Positions 9,268 through 17,916 of a stretch of 19,103 nucleotides of DNA are shown one piece after another. The translations under genes and the position numbers were made by a program. The stretch's first letter is position 1. Each line of letters starts with the position of its first letter. The notes under the pieces are model-generated. The model was not told where the DNA came from and did no database searches. It saw only the letters and a program-made list of their open reading frames with translations. The stretch spans positions 1 through 19,103 of the forward strand of contig JAEOUH010000002.1 of the NCBI GenBank assembly GCA_016839365.1. Direction: 5' to 3'. This DNA comes from Candidatus Hermodarchaeota archaeon. Lineage in GTDB: Archaea; Asgardarchaeota; Hermodarchaeia; Hermodarchaeales; Hermodarchaeaceae.

Positions 9268-9424
9268 TTTGCTTTTCTCTTCAGCGGCTTCGTTGGATTA
9301 CACTACCGCGTACTAGCTGGCTGACAGTTACTGATACAACGAGAGTAATAACCGAAGGGCCTATTGATTTTAATCCGGGTGTTCGGTTAGTGTATCCTAT
9401 CACAAATTCAAGGATGCATACATC

Positions 9425-10081
9425 ATGAGCTGTTGTCAGTGCCGAGTTCTCGACGCGACATTCGATCGGAACCTTGCCGAATCCGAACTCAAACACTATC
9501 GGGAAAAGGGCATGAAAAAAACTACCCGCCTGCTTGTTGACGCCCTCAAAAGCCAAGGAGTCCGGGGAAAAACCTTACTTGATATTGGCGGGGGTATCGG
9601 CGCAATTCAGCACGAATTACTCCAATCCGGGGTTCGGCACAGCATCAACGCCGAAGCTTCTCTGGCTTATATTGAGGCCACAAAAGAGGAGGCAACGCGA
9701 CAAGGTCATGCAGATCGCATAAGCCATCATCATGGCGATTTCGTCGATATTGCCAACACTCTCTCTCCTGCCGATATTGTCACCCTCGACAAGGTCATCT
9801 GTTGTTACGATGATTGGCAAGGTCTCGTCAGACAATCTTCCGCACTTGCTCGCACCTTCTATGGCATCGTCATCCCTCGAATGAATTTGATGAGCAAACT
9901 ATACAACGGGTTGGAAAATTTCACTCTATGGCTGCGACGCCAGCCCTTTCGAACCCTTATCCACCCTGTTGACGCAATTGATACCATGCTGCAAAACAAC
10001 GGCTTCAAACAACACCTCCATCAAAACACCTTGGTTTGGCATATGAAAGTCTATGTCCGCGACGCAACACCAGATAGATGA
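9425..10081 (+). CDS. Class I SAM-dependent methyltransferase (BchM-like family) with N-terminal MSCCQC
   Basis: 'LLDIGGGIGA', 'HGDFVD' and 'ADIVTLDKVICCY'. Confidence 0.9.
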   Translation: MSCCQCRVLDATFDRNLAESELKHYREKGMKKTTRLLVDALKSQGVRGKTLLDIGGGIGAIQHELLQSGVRHSINAEASLAYIEATKEEATRQGHADRISHHHGDFVDIANTLSPADIVTLDKVICCYDDWQGLVRQSSALARTFYGIVIPRMNLMSKLYNGLENFTLWLRRQPFRTLIHPVDAIDTMLQNNGFKQHLHQNTLVWHMKVYVRDATPDR

Positions 10082-10082
10082 C

Positions 10083-10115
10083 TGGTCGTCCATCCCGACA
10101 GATCGTACAGCACCC
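10083..10115 (+). repeat. Intergenic repeat copy R4
   Basis: TGGTCGTCCATCCCGACAGATCGT (21/24 to consensus) followed by ACAGCACCC. It starts one base after the methyltransferase stop. Confidence 0.85.
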
Positions 10116-10147
10116 CCTGGTCCACTCGTCCCGAGTAGTTTCTCTGC

Positions 10148-10642
10148 TTATTCTTTCCCTTTACGTCGAACATGATAGGCAAGCACAAACATCACCAACG
10201 TCACGACTGTACCAATAACCAATGAAATAACATAGTAGAGCAGGAGCAGTTCACCCATGAGCAGAAAATAGCGTGTAATGAAATACATGAGAATCCAATA
10301 AATGGGACTGGAAATCAGACCCGGTGAATACTCACGTAACACAATCGTTTGCAGGAAATGCCAGACCCCATTCGTCACAAACATAAAGGCCAAACTCAAC
10401 GGCCAGATTACCCAAATCCCCCCAAACAACTCAAACACGACGATGCTCGCCACCAACACCAGAAGAATCATGAAATTAAACCCAAAGAACATCCCCCAGG
10501 AAGCCTTCAGATAAAACGTCTTGCGCATCATCCCAAGGAACCCCTCACCAACTGCTGCCTCCTCAATCACATGCACACAAAACGCCATCGCATACCCCCA
10601 AAATAACACACTCAATGTAATCTCCATCACTGCAATAACCAC
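10148..10642 (-). CDS. HXXEE-domain membrane protein (copy 1)
   Basis: 'HVIEE', 'NGVWH', 'YSPGLISS' and about 5 TM helices. Confidence 0.9.
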   Translation of the reverse strand: MVIAVMEITLSVLFWGYAMAFCVHVIEEAAVGEGFLGMMRKTFYLKASWGMFFGFNFMILLVLVASIVVFELFGGIWVIWPLSLAFMFVTNGVWHFLQTIVLREYSPGLISSPIYWILMYFITRYFLLMGELLLLYYVISLVIGTVVTLVMFVLAYHVRRKGKE

Positions 10643-10740
10643 CTACCAACACTCACAGGCATAAACGCCAACTCCTAAAAAAAGCCTAGCAAAACGAATC
10701 AAATCACGTACTCCCCCCCTCTAAGCCTCTGACAAAGAAA

Positions 10741-10775
10741 AAACGTTAATCCACAGCAACGGATCGTACTACACC
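10741..10775 (+). repeat. Intergenic repeat copy R5
   Basis: An A-tract, then AAACGTTAATCCACAGCAACGGATCGTACTACACC. Shares the AGCAAC variant with R2 and R8. Confidence 0.7.
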
Positions 10776-10836
10776 AACGGTTCAGGCTCAACGACTCTGA
10801 CTTAATGTGAAAGATAGTAAGTATTCTCTTGTTCTC

Positions 10837-11466
10837 CTACATATGTTCCAGCTCCTTAGTGGGCGGAAACAGTGCGAGTTTTCTATCAATTTCATCGATT
10901 AAAGGAAGGATTCCTCTAAGATCTCTGAGGGTTTTGAGGCGACCTTTGGCAAAAATCTCATATTCAAACTGATGATAGAGTGAGTAAAAATAGGATTCAG
11001 TGTATACGGCGTCGTTGAAGTGGCTGCAAAGCCCCCTGAGCGAGATTAGTCCCCTATAAGTTGAATCTACTAACATCATAAGGGAGACAAACATACCACT
11101 CAGAAAGTTAGGATTCCCGTATTCATCTGCCGGCGTATCTTTTTCTTCTAGAAAGGCGTTTAGTGCTTTTTTCTTTCCGTTTTTCCATTCTTTGGGCTCT
11201 TTCTCCCACTCATGGAGAGTAAAATATGCAGGAAGCACTAAGAGCATCTCCTCTGCCAAGGATTCAGGTAACTGCTCTTGCAGCTGATAGACCAGAGGAA
11301 AAATCGCTCTCATCACGGTTGTGAATCCCTGAACACCTTCTTGACGAGTCGGATACTCCTTCTCCAAAAAAGCCCGTATTTTCGGCACATACTCCCTGGC
11401 AAAAAATGTGACCAAGTATGGGATTTGTTCGGGCTTCACTCTTTTTCCATGCAAGAACTGCGACAT
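10837..11466 (-). CDS. Hypothetical protein (soluble, probably helical)
   Basis: 209 aa ORF with natural composition, GAGGG upstream and a TTTTTAGG box about 40 nt upstream. No family recognised. Confidence 0.7.
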   Translation of the reverse strand: MSQFLHGKRVKPEQIPYLVTFFAREYVPKIRAFLEKEYPTRQEGVQGFTTVMRAIFPLVYQLQEQLPESLAEEMLLVLPAYFTLHEWEKEPKEWKNGKKKALNAFLEEKDTPADEYGNPNFLSGMFVSLMMLVDSTYRGLISLRGLCSHFNDAVYTESYFYSLYHQFEYEIFAKGRLKTLRDLRGILPLIDEIDRKLALFPPTKELEHM

Positions 11467-11557
11467 ACGAAACCCTCTATTCGAGAATAATTTCTTTGAA
11501 AAATCCTAAAAACCTCAGTAATTTCCTCTGACAGCTTTCTACAATTTTTACATTTAT

Positions 11558-11577
11558 ACGTTAGTCCACTCAATTGA
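11558..11577 (+). repeat. Possible highly degenerate repeat copy R6
   Basis: ACGTTAGTCCACTCAATTGA resembles R5 (ACGTTAATCCAC) and lies at the expected intergenic position. Confidence 0.3.
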
Positions 11578-11641
11578 AGAGACATTAAGTAAGCTTTATT
11601 CTAAGTCCCTCTTAAGGAAAACCTTGCCTTGGGGTCATTTA

Positions 11642-12466
11642 ATGGAAAAATATTCAATTACTGATTATAACGAGGAACTTGAAACCACGATAAATTTACC
11701 TGAACGAATCAATCAAGCTATGCAAATCTTTGATTTGTTCCTTGGCTTACTTGTACAAGAAAATCCTGAAAAAACGCCACGATTTATCCAATTACTAGAA
11801 AACCGATTCGAGGAATTCGATACTGAAAGGTTTAATGATGTTTTCCGAGTGAAGTCTGAGACGTTCACAGGTCCCCTGAAAGAGCATCTCCAACTCATAA
11901 AACTAGGTCAACGGGTCCTACTTTCATTTCTTAAATTCCGAAATTATAGAGACCAACAAGATATTACAAGCTTGCGTGTGGCATTCAAGGATTTTCTTCG
12001 CTGTTTTCATTTCTTTAATTTTTGGCTAGCACAGACATTGACTACCATCATGTCAAAGTCCAAAGCTATTGAATTTTTCAAACGGTTTGTCGAATATCGA
12101 ACACCAATTATTGAGGCCGGAAGTAAATTTCCGAATATAGATTTGTTATATGAACGATCGATGAATTTCCTATCAACTGGCACACATAACGGGACACTAC
12201 TCAAAACACAAGATGGCGTAATCTGCATAAAAATCACAAGATGCATGTGGCATGAAATAATGGAAGAGTTCAAAGACCCAGAGTTAGTTTATGTCAATAT
12301 TTGTTATGGGGATTTTGCTGCGGCCAAATGTTACAACGAGCATTTCGTCCTCACACGAACCCAGACCCTGGTACAAGGGAAGCCATATTGCGACTTTTGC
12401 TATCATGACAAACGGATTGACAAAGCCATCATCCACCCCTCCAAGCGATTTTTCGATGAACTTTAG
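11642..12466 (+). CDS. L-2-amino-thiazoline-4-carboxylic acid hydrolase family protein
   Basis: C-terminal 'ITRCMWHE...ICYGDF...LTRTQTLVQGKPYCDFCY' Cys pattern of the ATC_hydrolase family. ATG 11642 preferred over TTG 11624. Confidence 0.85.
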   Translation: MEKYSITDYNEELETTINLPERINQAMQIFDLFLGLLVQENPEKTPRFIQLLENRFEEFDTERFNDVFRVKSETFTGPLKEHLQLIKLGQRVLLSFLKFRNYRDQQDITSLRVAFKDFLRCFHFFNFWLAQTLTTIMSKSKAIEFFKRFVEYRTPIIEAGSKFPNIDLLYERSMNFLSTGTHNGTLLKTQDGVICIKITRCMWHEIMEEFKDPELVYVNICYGDFAAAKCYNEHFVLTRTQTLVQGKPYCDFCYHDKRIDKAIIHPSKRFFDEL

Positions 12467-12484
12467 CAAGACTCACATTATACG

Positions 12485-12536
12485 AAATTATTCGTCCACC
12501 CCCAAACTGCCAATCATCGAAGTGAATAACGGATCC
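12485..12536 (+). repeat. Intergenic repeat copy R7 (interrupted)
   Basis: AAATTATTCGTCCACCCCCAAAC, with AACGGATC reappearing about 20 nt later. Confidence 0.55.
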
Positions 12537-12600
12537 AGGAAGGAACTGAAGACTTTTAATAGAAGAATCCGTGCATGGTAACGCGGAGGGTTTCTTCGGA

Positions 12601-13332
12601 ATGCTTTACATCCTTGAAACACCATTACATTTTGGACTCCTACTCATCAGCTGGATCCTTCTCTTGCTGTTCGTCTTGGTAGGTTTTTACGACACGTCTA
12701 CTAAGGAAAAACGCTTGGCTAACGTTTGGCTTAATTTCATAACGATCTTCTTTCTGTTTTTCGCCTTTTCCGTTCTCTTGATCATGATCTATCAACTTCC
12801 TGCCGCCGCCACCGCTGATCAACTCCTGCCCTACTTCATGGCCTTATGGTCATGTTATGCAGTGTACGGCTTCTTTGCGATTTTCACTTCGTTGAGCACT
12901 GACTTCCTCAAGGCGCCGATTTGGCTTCGCTACCTGTTCCTTATTGGCACGATTTCTTTCCTCGCCCTACTCTGGTTCTTAGTCACCCCAGCGACCATCT
13001 TCCTGGTCTTCGACGGGGCCATGAACTGGCTCGCTATGCCTCTGGTTCTCCTAGCCTATGGCGGATTCCTCTGGTTCATCTACCTACTTCTCTTTCCCTT
13101 CTTTCTCACCTATCGGGTCAACAAAACCCGACAACACCCCATTAAGACGGGCAACTGGATCGTCTGGGTTGGCGGGGTCATCGTCGACATCGGCGCCCTA
13201 CTAATCGCCTTGGTTCTCTTCCTCGCTCCATATACGCTCATTGCCCTAAGCATCATCGTCATCGGCATGGTGATTCTCTTCATCGGCGGTATCATCAACT
13301 ACCGCGCTAAACCACCGACACCCGAACCCTAA
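12601..13332 (+). CDS. Hypothetical integral membrane protein (about 7 TM)
   Basis: Seven hydrophobic segments. ATG 12601 follows GGAGG, with TTTTAATA at 12554-12561. Confidence 0.8.
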   Translation: MLYILETPLHFGLLLISWILLLLFVLVGFYDTSTKEKRLANVWLNFITIFFLFFAFSVLLIMIYQLPAAATADQLLPYFMALWSCYAVYGFFAIFTSLSTDFLKAPIWLRYLFLIGTISFLALLWFLVTPATIFLVFDGAMNWLAMPLVLLAYGGFLWFIYLLLFPFFLTYRVNKTRQHPIKTGNWIVWVGGVIVDIGALLIALVLFLAPYTLIALSIIVIGMVILFIGGIINYRAKPPTPEP

Positions 13333-13441
13333 TCCTATATCTGCCCGCAAGCCCACCAAACAGCTTCCGGGCTCCTCTCTTTTTTTATCATCCTTTTCTG
13401 AAACAGCTCAGATTCACCAAACTAGACTATCAAGAACATTA

Positions 13442-13568
13442 TGTCAAAGCAACTGCCGGTCTAAAACACCCGTATTTTCACCAAAATCACCCAGCTCTCT
13501 TTCCACACATATGTCTCCCACGGTATTCTGCGAGGACACCTCAGAAGAAAATGAGGTCTAAGTTTAGG
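13442..13568 (+). repeat. Intergenic repeat copy R8 (long form)
   Basis: TGTCAAAGCAACTGCCGGTCTAAAACACCCGTATTTTCACCAAAATCACCCAGCTC, then AGGACACCTCAGAAGAAAATGA (13533-13554), which is shared with R13. Confidence 0.8.
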
Positions 13569-13664
13569 CTCAGCTGCCTTTGAAGAAAAAGCGGTATCGT
13601 CTTTTACAGGAATATGAACTCTAGAGTACACGTCACCCTGCATTGATGATTTAATAAACACGGG

Positions 13665-14246
13665 ATGAGTACTATGATTATGAGCCAGCTCAAAAAGGGG
13701 TTATCACCACAACAACGTGCAGAACTACTCCGCGTGTTGAAGGTCCGGTTTGAGAACAACCTGCACCGCCATAAAGGGGTTGAATGGGCTAACATCCAAA
13801 CAAGGCTGGAAGCGAACCCTGACAAACTGTGGTCCCTCAACGAAATGGAACGAACCGGCGGGGAACCAGATGTAGTTGGTCATGACAAAAAGACGGGCGA
13901 ATACATCTTCTATGATTGTTCACCAGAAACTCCAACAGGCCGCAGAAATGTCTGCTACGACCGCGAAGCGCAGGAAGCACGGAAAACCGCGAAACCCAAA
14001 AATAACGCCATCGATATGGCCGCTGCCATGTGTATTGAGCTTCTCACCGAAGACCAATATCGCACGTTACAGAAACTCGGAAAGTTCGATACAAAGACAT
14101 CAAGCTGGATTAAAACCCCGTTGGATATCAGAAAACTTGGTGGCGCGCTCTTTTGTGATTGCCGATACAACACCGTTTTCGTGTATCACAACAGTGCCCC
14201 CTCCTACTATAGTTCTCGGGCGTTCCGTGGCTCGCTACGAGTCTAA
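13665..14246 (+). CDS. DUF4256 domain-containing protein
   Basis: 'KLWSLNEMERTGGEPDVVG', 'DCSPETPTGRRNVCYD', 'FDTKTSSW', 'IRKLGGALFCD' and 'YYSSRAFRGSLRV' match the highly conserved DUF4256 family. Confidence 0.92.
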   Translation: MSTMIMSQLKKGLSPQQRAELLRVLKVRFENNLHRHKGVEWANIQTRLEANPDKLWSLNEMERTGGEPDVVGHDKKTGEYIFYDCSPETPTGRRNVCYDREAQEARKTAKPKNNAIDMAAAMCIELLTEDQYRTLQKLGKFDTKTSSWIKTPLDIRKLGGALFCDCRYNTVFVYHNSAPSYYSSRAFRGSLRV

Positions 14247-14310
14247 ACTCTGACTTGGACTTTTCACAGCTCATTGATTTTCTCTTTCGATTTTAACGAG
14301 CTGCATTTTG

Positions 14311-14360
14311 ATGGTTACACCCACTGTCCTTCGTGAAGGAACACCCATATTTACCGGCAA
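14311..14360 (+). repeat. Intergenic repeat copy R9a (degenerate)
   Basis: ATGGTTACACCCAC...TCGTGAAGGAACACCCATATTTACCGGCA retains TGGT..CCAC, TCGT and AACACCC(A)T(A)TT. Confidence 0.5.
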
Positions 14361-14363
14361 GCC

Positions 14364-14388
14364 AAATGGTTGGCTACCCCAGTGGATC
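14364..14388 (+). repeat. Intergenic repeat copy R9b, tandem to R9a
   Basis: AAATGGTTGGCTACCCCAGTGGATC matches TGGTCGTCCACCCCAACGGATC at 17/22. Confidence 0.65.
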
Positions 14389-14428
14389 CCGTGGTCTATT
14401 TTTATCGTCTGTTTCACCTTGGGGTAGC

Positions 14429-14923
14429 TTAGGTTTTCATCTGTCGTCGAAAACGATAGGCTAACAAAAACGTTACAAGCGTGATAAGGGTTCCAACAAC
14501 TACCGCGACAAGAAAGTATAGCAGCAGAATTTCACCAGGTACCAAAAAATACCGGACAATAAACCCCATCAGAATCCAATAGATCGGGCTCGTAATGAGA
14601 CCTGGGGCAAATTTTCGGGTCACAATTGTTTGGAGCAGATGCCAGAATCCGTTGGTCACAAACATAAAGGCCAAACTCAACGGCCAAATCACCCAAATCC
14701 CCCCAAACACTTCAAACACCACAATCCCGACAACAAACACGAGAAAAATCATGAGATTAAACCCGAAAAACATCCGACCCGAATACTCCGGATAAAAGGT
14801 GTTCCGCATCATCTCAATGAACCCTTCACCCACGGCTACTTCCTCGATGACATGCACACAGTAGGCCATCACATATCCCCAAAACAAGACGCCCAACGTA
14901 ATCTCCATCATTGAACCAAACAC
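14429..14923 (-). CDS. HXXEE-domain membrane protein (copy 2)
   Basis: 'HVIEE'. Same length (164 aa) as 10148..10642 and about 70% identical by manual ungapped count. Confidence 0.9.
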   Translation of the reverse strand: MFGSMMEITLGVLFWGYVMAYCVHVIEEVAVGEGFIEMMRNTFYPEYSGRMFFGFNLMIFLVFVVGIVVFEVFGGIWVIWPLSLAFMFVTNGFWHLLQTIVTRKFAPGLITSPIYWILMGFIVRYFLVPGEILLLYFLVAVVVGTLITLVTFLLAYRFRRQMKT

Positions 14924-15022
14924 CTACTACTACTCACAGCTATACAATCCTAAAAATAACTTGCATCTTGTTTCAGTCTCGTTAGATAATAGTGAAATTT
15001 CTCTGAAGAGCCATCAATATTG

Positions 15023-15772
15023 TCAAAGATGATGTATTTCTGCTAAAAGTCGTTTAACCGCCTCAGGTTCTCGCTTTACAAGCCGGTTTTTCTTTAGATT
15101 TTTCTCCAATATCTTATCAATGAGTTTGCATTTTCCTATCCATTTCCTCATAAAGGGGAAACCAAGTGTTGGATTGACCGCAACAAATACACTGATAGTG
15201 AATTCTAATCCTTTTTTTAAGACATCAAAATATTCTCCATTATCTATTTGCATCAAGATTACATCGGTGATTTCAAAACAGAATTTCGTTCGTCCCTCAT
15301 TGAGGAATGGGGGATGGGCTAAGGAGACGAGTATGGCTCGCTTTTCCAGATTATTAGCCTCGTCAATCCATTCCGAAAAAATTGTTCTTAATTCGTTAAA
15401 ATCGTGTTCACCAATTATTTGAAAGCCAAAAGCAACGGCTTCTCGCATTCGCCATCGCCCATCATTGGCCAATCGCTTTAAGATTTTGGTAAGGCTCGGG
15501 TCTTTCGTTTTGGTGTAGATTTTTCCCAAGCACACAGCAGCACAGAATGCCAAAAATGACTTAGGATCATTAACATCCGCTTGATCCTCACTGATGTCAG
15601 CCCATTTCAATAAAACATTCACATTCGAATATACCTCTGCCAATGCAAATGCTAATTCCAGATTCCCCCTTGGCCCTGGAAGATTAGAATGCTCAACAAT
15701 AAAGTTCTCTAATCTGACTGTATCACTAATAATTGGTTTTAGTCTACTGACTAACTCCTCTCTTTTTCCCAT
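15023..15772 (-). CDS. HEAT-repeat / AlkD-like helical-repeat protein
   Basis: 'SNLPGPRGNLELAFALA', 'LANDGRWRMREAVAFGFQ' and 'ILEKNLKKNRL'. ATG 15772 preferred. AT-rich. Confidence 0.8.
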   Translation of the reverse strand: MGKREELVSRLKPIISDTVRLENFIVEHSNLPGPRGNLELAFALAEVYSNVNVLLKWADISEDQADVNDPKSFLAFCAAVCLGKIYTKTKDPSLTKILKRLANDGRWRMREAVAFGFQIIGEHDFNELRTIFSEWIDEANNLEKRAILVSLAHPPFLNEGRTKFCFEITDVILMQIDNGEYFDVLKKGLEFTISVFVAVNPTLGFPFMRKWIGKCKLIDKILEKNLKKNRLVKREPEAVKRLLAEIHHL

Positions 15773-15875
15773 ACGCTTAGATTGCACTGCTTTCTATAAA
15801 GAAAATGTGGTGGAATTCTTATTGAAGACGAATATCGGTAAGCGAAACCCCCATGACCCAAAGGCGTGATTAACA

Positions 15876-15940
15876 GAAGTGGTCGTCTGTCCCAATACAT
15901 CGTCTATAACATCTGTGTCCTCAGAATATTCATTCAGTAC
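15876..15940 (+). repeat. Intergenic repeat copy R10
   Basis: GAAGTGGTCGTCTGTCCCAATACATCGTCTATAACATCTGTGTCCTCAGAAT aligns without gaps to the consensus over about 52 nt. Confidence 0.85.
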
Positions 15941-16001
15941 CCCTTGCCACTGGTAATGCAACTGATACTGATTGTCCTTTACAGCGAAGGCCGATTCTAT
16001 G

Positions 16002-16031
16002 AAAAAAAGGAAGGGTGCACTATGCACCCTT
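16002..16031 (-). terminator. Hairpin plus U-tract terminator-like element
   Basis: Perfect 9-bp stem AAGGGTGCA-cta-TGCACCCTT followed on the minus strand by CC-T7, about 60 nt downstream of the stop at 16090. Confidence 0.65.
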
Positions 16032-16089
16032 TAAAAAACAATGTGAGATATGGACGCTCTGGATATACTACAGGCGGTTTTTTGCACAT

Positions 16090-16824
16090 TCATGATTTCT
16101 TGACTCTTCGTTGGAGGATGAAGCCAACCAGAATTAGATACCAGCCAATGGTTAGAGAGCTGACCATCGTCAATGCTAGAGAGCTAAAGAACGAGTCGTA
16201 GCCTGGCAGCATAAACAGGAACCCGCCGAAGAGCAGGGAGATTGCGATAGCCCAGATTAGAGTTCCAAGCATAAAGAGCCAAATCCATAACACTTGGGAT
16301 GCGCCGCCGACCCGCTCCTGTCGGGTATACTGAAATGTCGCAAATAGTGGAATCAAGATCATGAAGAGTATGGCTAAGATTAGCCCTGTCGCAAGCCATG
16401 CATTCCCATACAGAGCGTAAGAAATCGCGTTGGCACTGTACATGAGAGCCTCATAGACGATAAATCCGATGAGAGGAAATATGATAATCCATTTGCGTTC
16501 GTTGAAAAAGGCAGGAAAGGCTAGGATAATCGCATAGATTACAATTAGGAACATATAGAAACCAATCATACCAAAGTCGACATACAGACCCCACAGCGCC
16601 CAAGCGCTATAGGGAAGAATTCCCAGTCGAGTCAACTGAACAACCGTTTGACCAATTAAAACGCTGAGAAAGATGAGAAATCCCAACAGTAAGAGCGTCC
16701 TTTGTCTACCAGAGCTGGTCAAGACGCCCCACAAAGCGAGGACAATCATCAGGACCACGGGAATTAAACCCAGCAGCCCTAAGCTGTGCACAAACATTTC
16801 AAATTGCAACAAAACAGCCTCCAC
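16090..16824 (-). CDS. Hypothetical integral membrane protein (about 7 TM)
   Basis: 244 aa with seven hydrophobic segments and weak motif similarity to 12601..13332. Confidence 0.8.
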   Translation of the reverse strand: MEAVLLQFEMFVHSLGLLGLIPVVLMIVLALWGVLTSSGRQRTLLLLGFLIFLSVLIGQTVVQLTRLGILPYSAWALWGLYVDFGMIGFYMFLIVIYAIILAFPAFFNERKWIIIFPLIGFIVYEALMYSANAISYALYGNAWLATGLILAILFMILIPLFATFQYTRQERVGGASQVLWIWLFMLGTLIWAIAISLLFGGFLFMLPGYDSFFSSLALTMVSSLTIGWYLILVGFILQRRVKKS

Positions 16825-16904
16825 AACCGCGTGCGACCAAACTTATACATAAATTACTAGTATAACAAGTACTTACGCTCTATGCGTTTTTGGATGCAAA
16901 CACC

Positions 16905-17033
16905 ATGAGTTGTTGTCAACGGCAGGTCCTTGAAACCGTCTTTGATCGGGCTGTCGCGGAGACTGAACTCAAACAATATTGAGAGAAGGGCATGAAGCAC
17001 ACCACCCGTCTTCTGGTTGATGCGCTACAAACC
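16905..17033 (+). pseudogene. Truncated 5' fragment of a paralog of methyltransferase 9425..10081
   Basis: MSCCQRQVLETVFDRAVAETELKQY*EKGMKHTTRLLVDALQT versus MSCCQCRVLDATFDRNLAESELKHYREKGMKKTTRLLVDALKS. In-frame TGA at 16980-16982. Confidence 0.92.
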
Positions 17034-17106
17034 TTAGCTAGACCGCTTCTTTCGTTACTTAATTTCATCGAGAAATGAATAGCATCAGCGAAATTACTGT
17101 AAAAAG

Positions 17107-17141
17107 AAAGTGGTCGTCCACCCCAACGGAGCCTCCACTAC
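17107..17141 (+). repeat. Intergenic repeat copy R11
   Basis: AAAGTGGTCGTCCACCCCAACGGA then GCCTCCACTAC, preceded by an A-tract. Confidence 0.9.
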
Positions 17142-17164
17142 CTACTCTCCCGCTCTCTAATGAC

Positions 17165-17686
17165 TTATGTTGAAAACTTGTTGAAACTCGTAATCTTGTC
17201 AATTGACTTCTTTCTTTTGGGTCCTGGAATCTTTGATGGATAACCAAACGGAATGATAGCAACGACATCATATTTGTCAGGGATTTCAAGCAATCGTCTG
17301 ACTTTATCTTCACTAAACGCTCCAATCCAACATGACCCTACTTCTAGCGCCCAGGCCGCAATGACCATGTTTTGCAAAGCGATAGTCGTACTAATGATTG
17401 ACCATCTTCCGGCAAACCGGTCTTTATGGGCACATCCCACAATCGTCACGGGCGCATCCTTAATGAATCGACTAAACAACCCTTTCGCCAATTCTCTCTT
17501 GAGCTCCTCATCCGTTACCACAATGAAGTGCCACGGCTGTTTATTTGCCGCAGACGGAGCCATTCTACCAGCTTCAAGGATTTGGTCAAGAACCTCTTTG
17601 GGAATATCCCTCTTTTCATAATTACGGATGCTTCTTCGACTCAGCAAAGTATCCACTAATGTCACTTTTTTTCCCAACTCAGCCAT
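17165..17686 (-). CDS. Nitroreductase family protein
   Basis: 'SRRSIRNY', 'APSAANKQPWHFIVV', 'LQNMVIAAWALEVGSCWIG' and 'IIPFGYP'. Start at 17686 or 17719. Confidence 0.95.
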   Translation of the reverse strand: MAELGKKVTLVDTLLSRRSIRNYEKRDIPKEVLDQILEAGRMAPSAANKQPWHFIVVTDEELKRELAKGLFSRFIKDAPVTIVGCAHKDRFAGRWSIISTTIALQNMVIAAWALEVGSCWIGAFSEDKVRRLLEIPDKYDVVAIIPFGYPSKIPGPKRKKSIDKITSFNKFST

Positions 17687-17815
17687 ATTGAATGACTCAG
17701 AGATTGAAGGGTCTCGCATAAATCTAACTAATGTCTCAACCAGAGGTATTCACTTAAAATGAAAATGCGAAGAAACTATTCCATACCAGCACGGAAAAGC
17801 CACAAACCAACAAGA

Positions 17816-17916
17816 AAAGTGGTCGTCCACTCCATCTGATCGTTACAATACCCGTGTTTCCGGTTGATACACCCAGCTCCCGTACCGCACAAAACGTCTC
17901 TCAAGGTATGTTAGAT
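17816..17916 (+). repeat. Intergenic repeat copy R12
   Basis: AAAGTGGTCGTCCACTCCATCTGATCGTTACAATACCCGTGTTTCCGGTTGATACACCCAGCTC, with GGTATGTTAGAT ending at 17916. Confidence 0.9.

Noticed and set aside
9425-10081. Assignment as bchM/chlM (chlorophyll synthesis)
   Set aside because: The resemblance is at family level only and there is no photosynthesis gene context.
17107-17141. tRNA 3'-end (att) origin of the repeat, since the minus strand ends in ...ACCA
   Set aside because: There is no TTCRA T-loop or pairing T-stem at the required distance from CCA.
17816-17880. Group II intron domain V/VI remnant (minus strand begins GAGCTGGGTG)
   Set aside because: The 3' arm needed to close domain V is absent.
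17722-17916. ATCTAAC (17722) and GTTAGAT (17910) as a canonical attC pair
   Set aside because: The 195-nt span is longer than typical attC sites and the inner arms show no clear complementarity.
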